Assembly: GCA_965208325.1 (NCBI GenBank)
Contig: OZ242326.1
Location: 896,001-960,000, forward strand
Direction: 5' to 3'
Origin: Candidatus Poribacteria bacterium
GTDB taxonomy: Bacteria; Poribacteria; WGA-4E; PCPOR2b
Length of the DNA: 64,000 nt
Within the stretch, counting starts at the first letter, position 1. Every line of letters begins with the position of its first letter. The translations under genes were made by a program, and so were the position numbers. The notes beneath the pieces were generated by a model. The model was given only the letters and a program-made list of their open reading frames with translations, searched no databases and was not told the origin of the DNA. Positions 37,198-47,733 of the stretch are shown here, piece after piece.

Positions 37198-37989
37198 TCA
37201 CTTGGACATTTTCTGAGATGCTAGGACACAGCACAAGCATCCAATCAGCACCTGCCAACCGCAAACTTGATACCATGCAGGATAAACAAACAAGTACGAT
37301 GGCATGGGTGTCAATTCGTACAATGCAGGTGTTCTAAAAATATCCATTTCAAGCAGATGGCACACCGCAATCAGCGGATTGATATGCAAGAATGGTGATA
37401 TCATCGGTTGAAGATTTTCGAGATACGCTTCTAAGGGCGAAAGCAGGAAAACACCTCCAATAAGAAAAGCCCACAAAAGATACACGGTTTCAACAGCGAA
37501 GAGTGTGTGCCGGAAAAAGTTCCAAACCAGCGCGGCGATTGACGCTCCCGAAAATATGAATACGATAAACACCACGTGCAGCAATATTACCTTGTAACGC
37601 AGAATTTCGCCGGCCGAGATTGTGAAAACTACCAATGTCACGCCAATAAAACAGAGACTGTAAATCTGACTTTCAAAAAGCAAACGCGCCAGAATGGATC
37701 GAGAACGAATTGGACTCAATAAAAGAATAGTGTCCGACATCCTCAATTTATGGTGCCGGTTAAGTGTGCTGCATGCGAGGTACGGGGAGACAATCAGAAT
37801 CAGAAAGGCTTCGGCTAAAAAGATGAGATTGGCAACCTGCCCCAACTTCGCACGCATCAGTAGCTGGCAAATTACTAGAAGCATCGCGCTCTGTACAATT
37901 ACGGCGATACAAATTTTCCCAACACGCCTCCATCGGTGGCTCAACGTTAGGCTGAAAACCGGGTTCTCAAATCGCCTCGCTAAATTCAT
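37198..37989 (-). CDS. Hypothetical multi-pass membrane protein (ABC-2 permease-like)
   Basis: ~6 TM helices; 'LLLSPI....IL..L' and 'HINPL' patterns. Confidence 0.55.
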   Translation of the reverse strand: MNLARRFENPVFSLTLSHRWRRVGKICIAVIVQSAMLLVICQLLMRAKLGQVANLIFLAEAFLILIVSPYLACSTLNRHHKLRMSDTILLLSPIRSRSILARLLFESQIYSLCFIGVTLVVFTISAGEILRYKVILLHVVFIVFIFSGASIAALVWNFFRHTLFAVETVYLLWAFLIGGVFLLSPLEAYLENLQPMISPFLHINPLIAVCHLLEMDIFRTPALYELTPMPSYLFVYPAWYQVCGWQVLIGCLCCVLASQKMSK

Positions 37990-38057
37990 CCGCAAACCGT
38001 TTCAAACCAACTTAGACCTGACACATTTCTTGTCCGCTATCCGTTGGAATCAAAGCG

Positions 38058-38738
38058 TCAATTTTGCTCGCCCCCGATATGTTCCCGCAACGCGGCCTGA
38101 ATTTGAAGGATTGTGTCCGCTATTGCATACAGATTTGGATTAAGTTGCAAAGCTCGTTGATAAGCATCAATAGCTTGCCTGAGTTGCCCTAACCTGAGAT
38201 AGCAGTGCCCCATCCCAGCAAATGCGCCAAAGTGATAGGGGTTAAGTGAAATCGCACGCTCACAATCTTCAATTGACTTGTCCCATTGCTCAAGCATAAA
38301 GTAGGCAATCGCCCTCTGATTATGTCCTTCGGCGAAATTTGGGGCGGCTTGAATTGCCGCCGTCAACTTCTCAATAGCATCGTCATATCGTTTATCCTTA
38401 ATGCATCTTGCACCTTCTTTAAGTAGTGCATCGACCGATTCGTTACCGGAACGAAACCAAATCGCCCATAACGCCCGCTCGGCATTCGAGCGCAGCCCAA
38501 AATCTTCATGCTGGAGCGACTCAATCAAGGGTTTTACCGCACCCATGCCGCTGAAAATTCCAAGTGAATACGCGGCTGCGCGCCGGGTTGGGGCGACGTC
38601 GTGTGATAACATGTCAATTAGCGTCTCCTGCGTGTAATTCTTGTCCTCTAGGGCGAACTTCAAGTCTTCTTTCTGTGTTTGATTTGAATAACGCAATAAC
38701 AACTTTGCTAGTTCGGAGTGTCCGTTGCTTGCAGACAT
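38058..38738 (-). CDS. HEAT-repeat + tetratricopeptide-repeat protein
   Basis: 'RRAAAYSLG', 'AERALWAIW'; TPRs 'PNFAEGHNQRA', 'PYHFGAFAGMG'. Confidence 0.85.
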   Translation of the reverse strand: MSASNGHSELAKLLLRYSNQTQKEDLKFALEDKNYTQETLIDMLSHDVAPTRRAAAYSLGIFSGMGAVKPLIESLQHEDFGLRSNAERALWAIWFRSGNESVDALLKEGARCIKDKRYDDAIEKLTAAIQAAPNFAEGHNQRAIAYFMLEQWDKSIEDCERAISLNPYHFGAFAGMGHCYLRLGQLRQAIDAYQRALQLNPNLYAIADTILQIQAALREHIGGEQN

Positions 38739-38987
38739 TAATGATTCCTCAAGAATTTAGGTAGCGAAACTTCAGGTTGAAATTCCCCTCATGCCCGGCG
38801 TCGGCCGGTGCAAACGAGAAAAGTCAATGCCAACACGCAGATAACCACCAGATTATGGACCATCAGATCGTTATTCATCTTATCACACTGCCGAAACGAT
38901 AACAAGGTTAAAATAATTGGCGTAGCGTATGGCCCTTCTGGTCAAAAGAACTAATTCCGGTAGGGAGAACTGAAGCGGCGGTTGTGC

Positions 38988-39017
38988 TTGCCAAGACACA
39001 ATGAATTTAGATATAAT
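38988..39017 (+). promoter_or_regulatory. Putative sigma70 promoter of the GNAT gene
   Basis: TTGCCA-18 bp-TATAAT. Confidence 0.45.
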
Positions 39018-39099
39018 CAGTTGATGGAGAACTGTTTATCACTCTAATTCTCATGTCTAATCTCTTGCCCAATTCCGTAGGCATTAGCGCATAAAACTT

Positions 39100-40134
39100 A
39101 TGTATACGCTCGAATCGCTGAAAAAAGAAGACTCAGATGTATGGGATACTATGTTGCTTCATTGCCCGAACAGCACTGCTTTTCACTCAGCTACTTGGCG
39201 TGACGGGTTAGCGGATTCGTTCAATCAGTTGACTCCCGCATACTTTCTGATTCAGGAAAATGGTACGACAGTTGGCGGATTGCCTGCCTTCGTGTTCAAA
39301 CCTATTCCAGGGATCAAGTTGTTACACTCAATGCCGTGGAATCAATGCGGCGGGCTTCAACTTATCGAAGGAAATTCGGTAAAAATCAACTCCCTGTTGC
39401 AAACCGTTGAGCGTCATGTAAGTCTGTTTGCCAACGCACAAAGCCCTTGTGAAACGCTTTTCACGCTTTCGCCATGGCAGACTGAAGTCTACGGGCGGCG
39501 CTTGAACGAATTAGGATACCGTAAGTACAAAGAAAGCTTTACACACTTACTCAAAACCCATGCCGATTACGACGTCATTTGGGCGGGTTACAAGAAGTCG
39601 ATTAGAAAAGCGGTTAGAAAGGCGGAGAAATCAGGGGTATCGGTCTACGAATCGAACAGAGAGATTGATCTTGAAGCATTCTATGAAATTTACTTGGCAA
39701 CGCAAAAAAGGGTAATGAGTGTCCCGAAACCGTTGTCTCTAATGAGATTTCTCTTGCAACGCGGCCTGGCAAAATTAGTCATTGCGAAACACGACGGCTT
39801 AACTATAGCGGGTGTAATTTATCTGTACTTTAACCGCACCGTAACGCCTTGGTGCGGCGGTTCTGTCCCTGCATTCCTTGAGTATCGCCCGAACAACGCA
39901 ATCCTTCACCACATCATCAAATCGGCATGTTCAAATGGATTTGCGTGGGTGGATCTTGGGGCGTCGCCCCCGGAAAATCCTGGACTCATTGTCTATAAAG
40001 AACAATATCGAGCGAAGCGATTTGATTTCTCCAGTTATTTGAAAGTCCACTCACCCGTAAAGCGTGCGGTATGGTTAAAGTCTGAGCCAGCGCTCCGAAA
40101 AATTTACGCTTGGATACAGCGCGCGCGACGTTGA
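39100..40134 (+). CDS. FemAB-related GNAT-family acyltransferase
   Basis: 'FHSATW', 'RKAVRKAEKSGV', 'YRPNNAI', 'DLGAS....GL..YK'. Confidence 0.8.
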   Translation: MYTLESLKKEDSDVWDTMLLHCPNSTAFHSATWRDGLADSFNQLTPAYFLIQENGTTVGGLPAFVFKPIPGIKLLHSMPWNQCGGLQLIEGNSVKINSLLQTVERHVSLFANAQSPCETLFTLSPWQTEVYGRRLNELGYRKYKESFTHLLKTHADYDVIWAGYKKSIRKAVRKAEKSGVSVYESNREIDLEAFYEIYLATQKRVMSVPKPLSLMRFLLQRGLAKLVIAKHDGLTIAGVIYLYFNRTVTPWCGGSVPAFLEYRPNNAILHHIIKSACSNGFAWVDLGASPPENPGLIVYKEQYRAKRFDFSSYLKVHSPVKRAVWLKSEPALRKIYAWIQRARR

Positions 40135-40323
40135 TCGTCGGCCGTTCGATTCTACCCGTAGTATACGGCTGAGTAATTTAGAATTTACTTTAAATAATTT
40201 TATGTGCGTGCTAAAATAGTTATCGAACTACATAGAATTTCGTATTGGCTTCTCAAGCCGTGTTCCTAAAACCGAGCGAAATCCCGCAGTAATCTGAGCA
40301 ATCTGAACAAGGAGGAGTAACAA

Positions 40324-41133
40324 ATGGGAGCCGCGCTGATGAGACTAGCCTTTGCATGTATTAGTTCTAGTGTTCTAGTGCATATGGCGACGAGTCCAAG
40401 TTATTCCAAAATTGACCCTAAAACCATCGTTGGACTTTGGTTATTTGATGAAGGCCGCGGCAATATAGCCATAGACGCTTCAGGCAACGGTCATCATGCA
40501 GAGTTCATTGGACTAAAGCCGACATGGGTTGAAGGTAAGTTCGGCGAGGCGTTTGAATTTGACGGGCAGGATGATTCAGTTCTATTTAATGCAGACGAGC
40601 GACCGGAACACGCTTTCATATTCCATCAGCCGACCGACGCGACGTTTGTGTTTTGGATAAAGAGACTCACGTTACCCCATGTTGCGATATTCTGGACGAG
40701 AGGAGATGTAAACGATAACGGGAGGTTCAATGTCTATGCGGGCGCGGGTGAAAATTTTGGGTTTACTTACAAGTCGGATGATGGCATTCCGCATGGGATT
40801 TTTTCTCGAACGGTCGATCTCCCTTTGAAGGAATGGACCCACTTAGCAATAACACGAAAAGGCAATTCCTATATTGCTTACAAAGATGGAATTGTAGCGG
40901 ACAGAGCTGTTGATCCAGAACCCGACCTGCCCACGGCCAGACGTTGGATTGCTTCTGGTAGAGACGGATTTCGTTTCAACGGTATCCTCGACGAAATTGG
41001 CGCGTTCAAGGCTGTCTTGAGTGCAGAGGATATTAACATGATTATGGACAATGGACTCGAGATATCCGCACTCGCTGTGTCATCCGCTAGGAAACTGGCA
41101 ACGATTTGGGGACAGATAAAACACCTGCAATAA
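40324..41133 (+). CDS. LamG-like jellyroll domain protein (array copy 1)
   Basis: Signal peptide; 'GLWLFDEG.G..A.D.SGNG', 'GKFG.A.EFDG', 'WTHLA', 'F.G.LDE'; tail AVSSARKLATIWGQIK. Confidence 0.85.
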   Translation: MGAALMRLAFACISSSVLVHMATSPSYSKIDPKTIVGLWLFDEGRGNIAIDASGNGHHAEFIGLKPTWVEGKFGEAFEFDGQDDSVLFNADERPEHAFIFHQPTDATFVFWIKRLTLPHVAIFWTRGDVNDNGRFNVYAGAGENFGFTYKSDDGIPHGIFSRTVDLPLKEWTHLAITRKGNSYIAYKDGIVADRAVDPEPDLPTARRWIASGRDGFRFNGILDEIGAFKAVLSAEDINMIMDNGLEISALAVSSARKLATIWGQIKHLQ

Positions 41134-41387
41134 TCTTGGCTTAAGGTTTACAAAAACAGCATATTTGAAACTTGGGTAGGATTTGGGAGCCGCGATTGTG
41201 TTCTCTCAAGAGGCTACCGTGTCCGATGCCAAACGCGTAAGAACATGGGGGATAGATTGAGTTGTTCAAAAGATTGATTAGGGAACTGTCCACTGGGCGG
41301 TATTCAGCGGGACTTTCGGTAGAATAAATCAGCGTGTGTTCAAGCTGCGGCAACACTATGAATTCATAAAAATTGAAGGGGGCAATA

Positions 41388-42188
41388 ATGCACAATTCAT
41401 TATATACGAATTTGATAATTACGCTGACTGTTGTGTTTCCCTTTTTGGCAGGGGCAGTTGTCAACCCGGACGCGATAGTGCTTTCGTTGTCGTTTGACGA
41501 AGGAGCGGGTGAAAAGGCCGAGGACATTTCCCCGCTCGGGAACAACGTATTTTTCATTGATGGGCCGAAGTGGGATGAGGGAAAATTTGGAAAGGGCGTA
41601 CGGTTGAAAAAGACCGCACACCTAGAAACCGAGATGCCAAACCTTGATCTTCACGACACCGATTTGTCGATGGCAATTTGGGCAAAATTCACCGCAGAAC
41701 CCGGTTGGGTTGCACTCATGAGTCACGACGAAGGCGCGCAAATTGGCGCAAAAAAATGGGCATGGTGGTTTTCAGCCGGCGCGTTCGTGTTTTATATTGA
41801 TCACGCAGACGCGAAAGAAACGCGCGAGTGGATTCGTTCCGATTTCTTTGGGACACCAGAACTTGATAGGTGGTACCACCTTGCGATCGTCAAGCAGAAT
41901 GACCTGCATACCCATTATCTCGACGGTGAACCATTTGGCGAAGAAGAAAAAAAAGCCCCTGTGCCCGAAGCAATTATAGGTCCGCTATCCATCGGTGCGA
42001 CAGGCATCAGGTATTTTTTCCAAGGGTTTCTAGACGAAGCCATAATTGTACGCCAAGCGCTAAGCCAGAATGACATCCGGAATCACCGCGATGGCGGCAA
42101 TGTTGGGATTTTAGCGGTTGAGCCCGGCGGAAAACTAGCGACCAGATGGGGCAGCCTGAAGATGAAACGCGAATTGTCCAGTTATTAA
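41388..42188 (+). CDS. LamG-like jellyroll domain protein (copy 2)
   Basis: Same LamG motifs; tail AVEPGGKLATRWGSLK. Confidence 0.85.
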   Translation: MHNSLYTNLIITLTVVFPFLAGAVVNPDAIVLSLSFDEGAGEKAEDISPLGNNVFFIDGPKWDEGKFGKGVRLKKTAHLETEMPNLDLHDTDLSMAIWAKFTAEPGWVALMSHDEGAQIGAKKWAWWFSAGAFVFYIDHADAKETREWIRSDFFGTPELDRWYHLAIVKQNDLHTHYLDGEPFGEEEKKAPVPEAIIGPLSIGATGIRYFFQGFLDEAIIVRQALSQNDIRNHRDGGNVGILAVEPGGKLATRWGSLKMKRELSSY

Positions 42189-42278
42189 TGAAACAATCCC
42201 TCATTGATACATCAGATTTCCGGCAAAATCGAAAATCAATTTCACTATGAATGCTTATCGGCAGTTAAGGGGGTAACA

Positions 42279-43076
42279 ATGCGTTTTTCGATATCCATGT
42301 TCTTACTGATGGCTTTTGCGTGGATCTTTTCATTCGGATCAGAGGCGGAAATAAATCCGGAAGCTATAGTGCTTGCATTGCCGTTTGACGAAGGGGCAGG
42401 TAATGAAGCTAAGGACGCCTCCCCAAGCGGAAACAACCTCCTCCTCGTAGAAGAAGCAAAATGGGACGAAGGGAATATTGGCAAATGCGTGCGCTTGAAA
42501 AAGACCGCTCACTTAGAGACCGAGATGCCAAATCTTGAGCTGCACAATACCGATTTGACGCTGGCGATGTGGGTTAACTTCTCCGCAGAACCCGGTTGGG
42601 TTGCCCTTATGAGTCACGATATAGGCGCTGGACTAAATCACGAGAAATGGGCTTGGTGGCTTCAGTCCGGTACTTTCGTTTTCCACATCAATGATGGGCT
42701 AGAGAAGCGCGAATGGGTGCGTTCCGACTTTTTTGGGGCACCGGAACTCAACAGGTGGTATCACCTTGCTTTTGTTAAACAGAAGGACCTACACACGCAT
42801 TATGTTGACGGTGAACCGTTTGGAGGGGATGAAAAGAATGCACCTGTTCCCGAAGTAATCGAAGGGCCGTTCTCAATCGGTGCGACGGGTGACAGGTACT
42901 ATTTCCAAGGACTGATGGATGAAGCGTTGGTTGTCAAACAGGCATTGACCCCGAACGACATCCAAAGGCATCTTGCCGGCGGCGTTGCCCGCATTCTAGC
43001 AGTTGAGCCGGGAGGAAAACTCGCAACCCAATGGAGCCGCCTGAAGACGGGAGCTAATTTTCCTTACAGCCAATGA
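42279..43076 (+). CDS. LamG-like jellyroll domain protein (copy 3)
   Basis: Same LamG motifs; tail AVEPGGKLATQWSRLK. Confidence 0.85.
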   Translation: MRFSISMFLLMAFAWIFSFGSEAEINPEAIVLALPFDEGAGNEAKDASPSGNNLLLVEEAKWDEGNIGKCVRLKKTAHLETEMPNLELHNTDLTLAMWVNFSAEPGWVALMSHDIGAGLNHEKWAWWLQSGTFVFHINDGLEKREWVRSDFFGAPELNRWYHLAFVKQKDLHTHYVDGEPFGGDEKNAPVPEVIEGPFSIGATGDRYYFQGLMDEALVVKQALTPNDIQRHLAGGVARILAVEPGGKLATQWSRLKTGANFPYSQ

Positions 43077-43158
43077 TGCATTAGCCCAAAAATCTAATCT
43101 GCTTCAAACGACTCGGCCAATAGATTTCCAAAACATCCACGACAGTGGAGCGGTAATA

Positions 43159-43947
43159 ATGCGCGTGTCAAGATTCATATGTGCGGCAATTGTGTTATCG
43201 TGGCCGGCATCCATACATGTTAATGCGGGAATCAATGCGGACGATATTGTGCTGGCGCTGCAGTTTGATGAAGGCGAGGGAGAAAACGCCGTAGACTTGT
43301 CTTCAAACGGAAACTCCGCAACGCTGGTGCAAGACGCTAAATGGGGCGCAGGGAAGCTCGGTGCATGCTTGCGCTTGAAAAATACGGCTCACGCAGCGGT
43401 TGCGAACCACCCAAGCCTCGATTTACACGAGACAGATTTCTCACTAGCGATTTGGATGAATTTTTCTTCCGAACCCGGCTGGTACAACCTTATGGCTCAC
43501 AGTGAGGGGCCTGGAGGCGGCGACAAGAAATGGTTCTGGATGTTCTCTGGCGGAAAGTTCAAATTCCACATCTTTAACCCGGGAGGTGAGCTTGCGTGGA
43601 TTGATTCCGAATTCTTTGGCTTTCCTGAACTTGATCGCTGGTATCACCTCGCCTTGGTCAAGCGGCAGGAGCAGTACACGTTTTTTCTGGATGGCGAACC
43701 GTTTGGGGAATCAGTAAAAGACTTGCCCGTACCCGCGGAAATTAACCACGATCTCACAATTGGATGGTCTCAAGAAGATCGCTACTTTCAGGGGCTCCTA
43801 GATGAGGTGTTGATTGTGAAACAGGCGATGACTTCAAACGATGTCCAAAGGCATCTATTTGGCGGTGTCCGGGGCATATTGGCCGTTGAACCCGGTGAGA
43901 TGATTACGACCAGGTGGGGCGATTTAAAGTCAGGAATCGGCTTGTAA
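43159..43947 (+). CDS. LamG-like jellyroll domain protein (copy 4)
   Basis: Same LamG motifs; tail AVEPGEMITTRWGDLK. Confidence 0.85.
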   Translation: MRVSRFICAAIVLSWPASIHVNAGINADDIVLALQFDEGEGENAVDLSSNGNSATLVQDAKWGAGKLGACLRLKNTAHAAVANHPSLDLHETDFSLAIWMNFSSEPGWYNLMAHSEGPGGGDKKWFWMFSGGKFKFHIFNPGGELAWIDSEFFGFPELDRWYHLALVKRQEQYTFFLDGEPFGESVKDLPVPAEINHDLTIGWSQEDRYFQGLLDEVLIVKQAMTSNDVQRHLFGGVRGILAVEPGEMITTRWGDLKSGIGL

Positions 43948-44013
43948 GATGTCAGATAATTTTGCCATTCGAACAAACTGTTCAAGTTCCTGGAAGAGAG
44001 CGATCATTTACAA

Positions 44014-44808
44014 ATGGGAACAGTGGTGCACAATAAGAATTTCTCTATTTTTGTGATTGCTGTGTTGTGCGGGTACTCGTTCGCGGCGGCGATGGCAATT
44101 GACCAAGACGCTATTATATTAGCATTGCCGTTTGACGAAGGCGTAGGCAGAGAAGCTAACGACATTTCCACGCACGGGAATCACGGCGTCCTAACAGACA
44201 CCGCCAGGTGGGCACAAGGCAGAATTGGAATGTGTGTGCGCTTACAGAACGCATACGTGGAGGTTGCAAATCACCCCAGTCTCAGCTTGCATAACACCGA
44301 CTTTACGATGGCGGTGTGGATAAAATTTACCGAGGAGGCGGGCTGGTACGACCTTATGGCTCACAGTGAAGGCGGCGGAGGTGATGACAAACAGTGGATT
44401 TGGCTGCTATCCGGCGGAAAATTCAAATTTCACCTTCATAACAGAGGGGTTGATATTACGTGGATTGACTCCGATTTCTTTGGGTTTCCTGAGCTTGACC
44501 GTTGGTACCACGCCGCGCTTGTCAAACAGGGAAACCGATACACACATTATCTAGATGGCGAATCGCTCGGAGAAACGGTAAATGATACTCCAATCTCAGA
44601 CGAAATCAATAACCCGCTCACCATCGGCACGGGGCCAGGCGAATTCTTCATTCAAGGATTCGTAGATGAGGCATTCATCACACGGCAGCCGTTGACACAG
44701 AAAGACATTCGAAACCATTTTTCAGGTGGAATCGAGGGCGTTTTATCGGTGGCACCGAGCGGTAAGTTCTCTACCAGATGGGGTAGTTTAAAAACCGAAT
44801 ATAATTGA
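44014..44808 (+). CDS. LamG-like jellyroll domain protein (copy 5)
   Basis: Same LamG motifs; tail SVAPSGKFSTRWGSLK. Confidence 0.85.
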   Translation: MGTVVHNKNFSIFVIAVLCGYSFAAAMAIDQDAIILALPFDEGVGREANDISTHGNHGVLTDTARWAQGRIGMCVRLQNAYVEVANHPSLSLHNTDFTMAVWIKFTEEAGWYDLMAHSEGGGGDDKQWIWLLSGGKFKFHLHNRGVDITWIDSDFFGFPELDRWYHAALVKQGNRYTHYLDGESLGETVNDTPISDEINNPLTIGTGPGEFFIQGFVDEAFITRQPLTQKDIRNHFSGGIEGVLSVAPSGKFSTRWGSLKTEYN

Positions 44809-44896
44809 TGGACCGATGATTCATATTCAATTTTCCGCCAGCGTTAGGGAGAGGCAATGCCAATTCATAATCAATTAACGCCTATTGAGGACAATA

Positions 44897-45703
44897 ATGG
44901 GTAATCGGATATACACATCGTTTTTGATTTCGTTGTTGTGGACGATTCCAATTGGAGTCGAGGCGGGAATTGACCGAGATGCGGTAATACTGGCGATGCC
45001 GTTTGAAGAGGGAAGAGGTAGAGACGCCAAGGACATCTCCTCACGGGGAAACCACGGTGTCCTATCGGAAACCGCCAAGTGGGCGCAGGGGAAATTCGGA
45101 ACGTGCGTGCGCCTAAAGAACGCCTACGTGGAAGTGGAAAATCACCCAAGCCTCAGTCTTCACAACACTGACTTTTCGTTTGCGGTATGGATTAACTTTT
45201 CCGAAGAAAAAAATTGGTATGACCTAATGGCGCACAACGAGGCTCCAGCCATAGACGTAAAGAAATGGATTTGGATGTTTGCCGCTGCCAGGTTTAAATT
45301 CCACATAAATGACAGAGCGATTGAGATTGCGTGGGTCGAATCAGAATTCTTTGGATTTCCCGAACTCGACCGGTGGTATCAACTTGCACTTGTCAAACAA
45401 GGTAACCGATACACGCACTATTTAGATGGTGAAATCTTCGGCGAAGTCACAGACGACACGCCCATCCCCGACGAAATCAACCACCCGCTCACCATTGGAT
45501 CGGGGCCAGGCGACCGGTTTACTCAGGGATTCATGGATGAAATTTTTATCACGCGGCAGCCATTGACACAGAACAATATCCAAAACCATTTTGCTGGGGG
45601 TATTCAGGGGGTTTTGCCAGTTGAGTTAGGGAGCAAAATCGCAACTCGTTGGGGATTAATCAAGGATGCCGGAACTACATCCTTATATTCGAACATACCA
45701 TAA
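44897..45703 (+). CDS. LamG-like jellyroll domain protein (copy 6)
   Basis: Same LamG motifs; tail PVELGSKIATRWGLIK. Confidence 0.85.
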   Translation: MGNRIYTSFLISLLWTIPIGVEAGIDRDAVILAMPFEEGRGRDAKDISSRGNHGVLSETAKWAQGKFGTCVRLKNAYVEVENHPSLSLHNTDFSFAVWINFSEEKNWYDLMAHNEAPAIDVKKWIWMFAAARFKFHINDRAIEIAWVESEFFGFPELDRWYQLALVKQGNRYTHYLDGEIFGEVTDDTPIPDEINHPLTIGSGPGDRFTQGFMDEIFITRQPLTQNNIQNHFAGGIQGVLPVELGSKIATRWGLIKDAGTTSLYSNIP

Positions 45704-45957
45704 CCATAGGTGCAACACGGATTGAATCAACATGTGCGTAGTTTCGTATTTGAAATTAGAGGCTAAGCCAATTTATCTCGAATTCCATAATTTTGTTCAA
45801 CCGTCATGATCGAGGAGTATTCAGGCAGTATTCATTAAACTGCTACATAGTAAATTGGTGGTGAAAGATAGTTCACAAACGCATTGCTATCGTACATATA
45901 TTGGGTCAGCTTGAGACACGAGTTTAAGCCCCAGTTTCAATAATGGGAGAAATACAG

Positions 45958-46809
45958 ATGAGTGAATTGTTTACGGCGGAAGAGGTCGACCAGTTTCATC
46001 GGGACAGTTTTATCATGGTCGAGGACTTTCTGGATGCCGAAGAGACTCAACTCCTTTATGAGGCAGCCAAAGGAGACTATGTGATGATGCAACATGCCCA
46101 CGATGTGAAGGACATAGAGGGAAAAAACTCCAAACTGGCGCTTTGGGATCATCCCGGCGACGACATTTACGGGCTAATTGCGAGAAGCCATAAGATGGTG
46201 AACAGGATTGAGCAGTTGCTCAGTGCGGATGTGTATCACTACCATTCTACCATGATGCTCAAAGAGCCTCGCGTCGGCGGTGCTTGGGAATGGCATCAGG
46301 ACTACGGATATTGGTATTACTACGGTTGTCTCTTTCCGGATATCGCCGCTTGTATGGTCGCAATTGATGAGCAGACCAAAGAAAACGGATGTCTTCAGGT
46401 GATAAAGGGATCACACCGTTTAGGACGTTTGGATCATATAGAACAAACCTCTGCGGGCAGTACACAGACCAGTGTTGATCCAGAACGAATCGAAGCTATT
46501 TTGGCGCGCATGGAATTGGTCTATTGTGAAATGCCGCCGGGCGCCGGGATTTTCTTTCACGGCAATATTCTACACCGCTCCGAAGCAAATCTAAGCGACA
46601 AACCTCGCTGGGCTTTGAGATGCGTCTATAACACCGTTCACAACGACCCGTACAGAGATATCAAACACGCCCGCTATACACCGCTGCGAAAAGTGCCGGA
46701 TTCGGCAATTAAAGCCGGCGCCGCCAAATCCAGCGACTCCGCCAAAGAATATTACTCTGGAGAATCGCTGCGGACGCCTCGGCCTGACGACGCTGCATCG
46801 TCGTCCTGA
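45958..46809 (+). CDS. PhyH-family Fe(II)/2-oxoglutarate dioxygenase
   Basis: 'WEWHQDYGYW', 'ENGCL.VI.GSH', 'FFHGNILHRS', 'R'. Confidence 0.9.
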   Translation: MSELFTAEEVDQFHRDSFIMVEDFLDAEETQLLYEAAKGDYVMMQHAHDVKDIEGKNSKLALWDHPGDDIYGLIARSHKMVNRIEQLLSADVYHYHSTMMLKEPRVGGAWEWHQDYGYWYYYGCLFPDIAACMVAIDEQTKENGCLQVIKGSHRLGRLDHIEQTSAGSTQTSVDPERIEAILARMELVYCEMPPGAGIFFHGNILHRSEANLSDKPRWALRCVYNTVHNDPYRDIKHARYTPLRKVPDSAIKAGAAKSSDSAKEYYSGESLRTPRPDDAASSS

Positions 46810-46899
46810 CGCATTGATTTGGAGTGCCCTACAAATACAAAATTCCTGCCCATTTCGGTATCATCAAACTGAACGCAAGCACCAATTCCACGATAATAG

Positions 46900-47733
46900 A
46901 TGCTGGGATTAGAAATGCTCAATCAAGACCAAATTGATGAGTTTCGCACGAAGGGTTTTCTTCTCAGTAGATGTGTTGTAAGTCGTAGTCAGGCCAATGT
47001 GCTAAATGATGAAATTGATCGGGTGCTTGCCGCGCAAAATACAGATAAGCCGCAGCCCGTCCGGCTTGCGAATCTCGCCTCCAATCCTGACAGTGTAACT
47101 TGGCAAATTACGAACATCTGGGAAGCTAGCCAGCCTTTCCGAGAGTTGATCTTCAACTCCACGATAGTCGAAGAGGTTGTTCAACTGACCCGGGCGCAGC
47201 AATTGCGGGTCTGGCACGACCAGGTGCAGTTTAAACTAGCGGAACGAGGCGGTATCACCGACTGGCATCAAGATTCTCCCTGTTGGCCAATCCTGACCCC
47301 GAAGACATGCCAGGTGACTGCATGGGTTGCGCTAGACGATGCAGACGCATCCAATGGCTGTATGAGTATGGTCGCAGGTGCATACCATTGGGGAGACCAG
47401 ATTGAATTTTTGCGCCGTATACAAGATTTTGACGGGATGCCGACAGCTTTCCAGGATCGTAACTTGCAGGTGGAGTTGTGTCCGGTACCGGCGGGGCATG
47501 TCCACTATCATCACGGTTTAACATGGCACGGTTCTCACGCGAATACCAGTGCCCGGCCGCGCCGGGCAATCGCAATCCACTACATGACCGGCGAGACTCG
47601 TTACGACTCCAGCGGTAACCACACGATGAAACCCTTTGTAAACGTTAATGATGGCGAAGTATTGGCAGGAGAGCACTTCCCGTTAGTTTGGGATGACGGT
47701 AAACTGATGCGTCCCAATACGAACCCGCCTTGA
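46900..47733 (+). CDS. PhyH-family Fe(II)/2-oxoglutarate dioxygenase
   Basis: 'WHQD', 'WVALDDA...NGCM', 'HHGLTWHGS..N....RRA'. Confidence 0.9.
   Translation: MLGLEMLNQDQIDEFRTKGFLLSRCVVSRSQANVLNDEIDRVLAAQNTDKPQPVRLANLASNPDSVTWQITNIWEASQPFRELIFNSTIVEEVVQLTRAQQLRVWHDQVQFKLAERGGITDWHQDSPCWPILTPKTCQVTAWVALDDADASNGCMSMVAGAYHWGDQIEFLRRIQDFDGMPTAFQDRNLQVELCPVPAGHVHYHHGLTWHGSHANTSARPRRAIAIHYMTGETRYDSSGNHTMKPFVNVNDGEVLAGEHFPLVWDDGKLMRPNTNPP

Noticed and set aside
40324..45703. Diversity-generating retroelement driving LamG variation
   Set aside because: No reverse transcriptase or template repeat in the window; differences are not adenine-specific.
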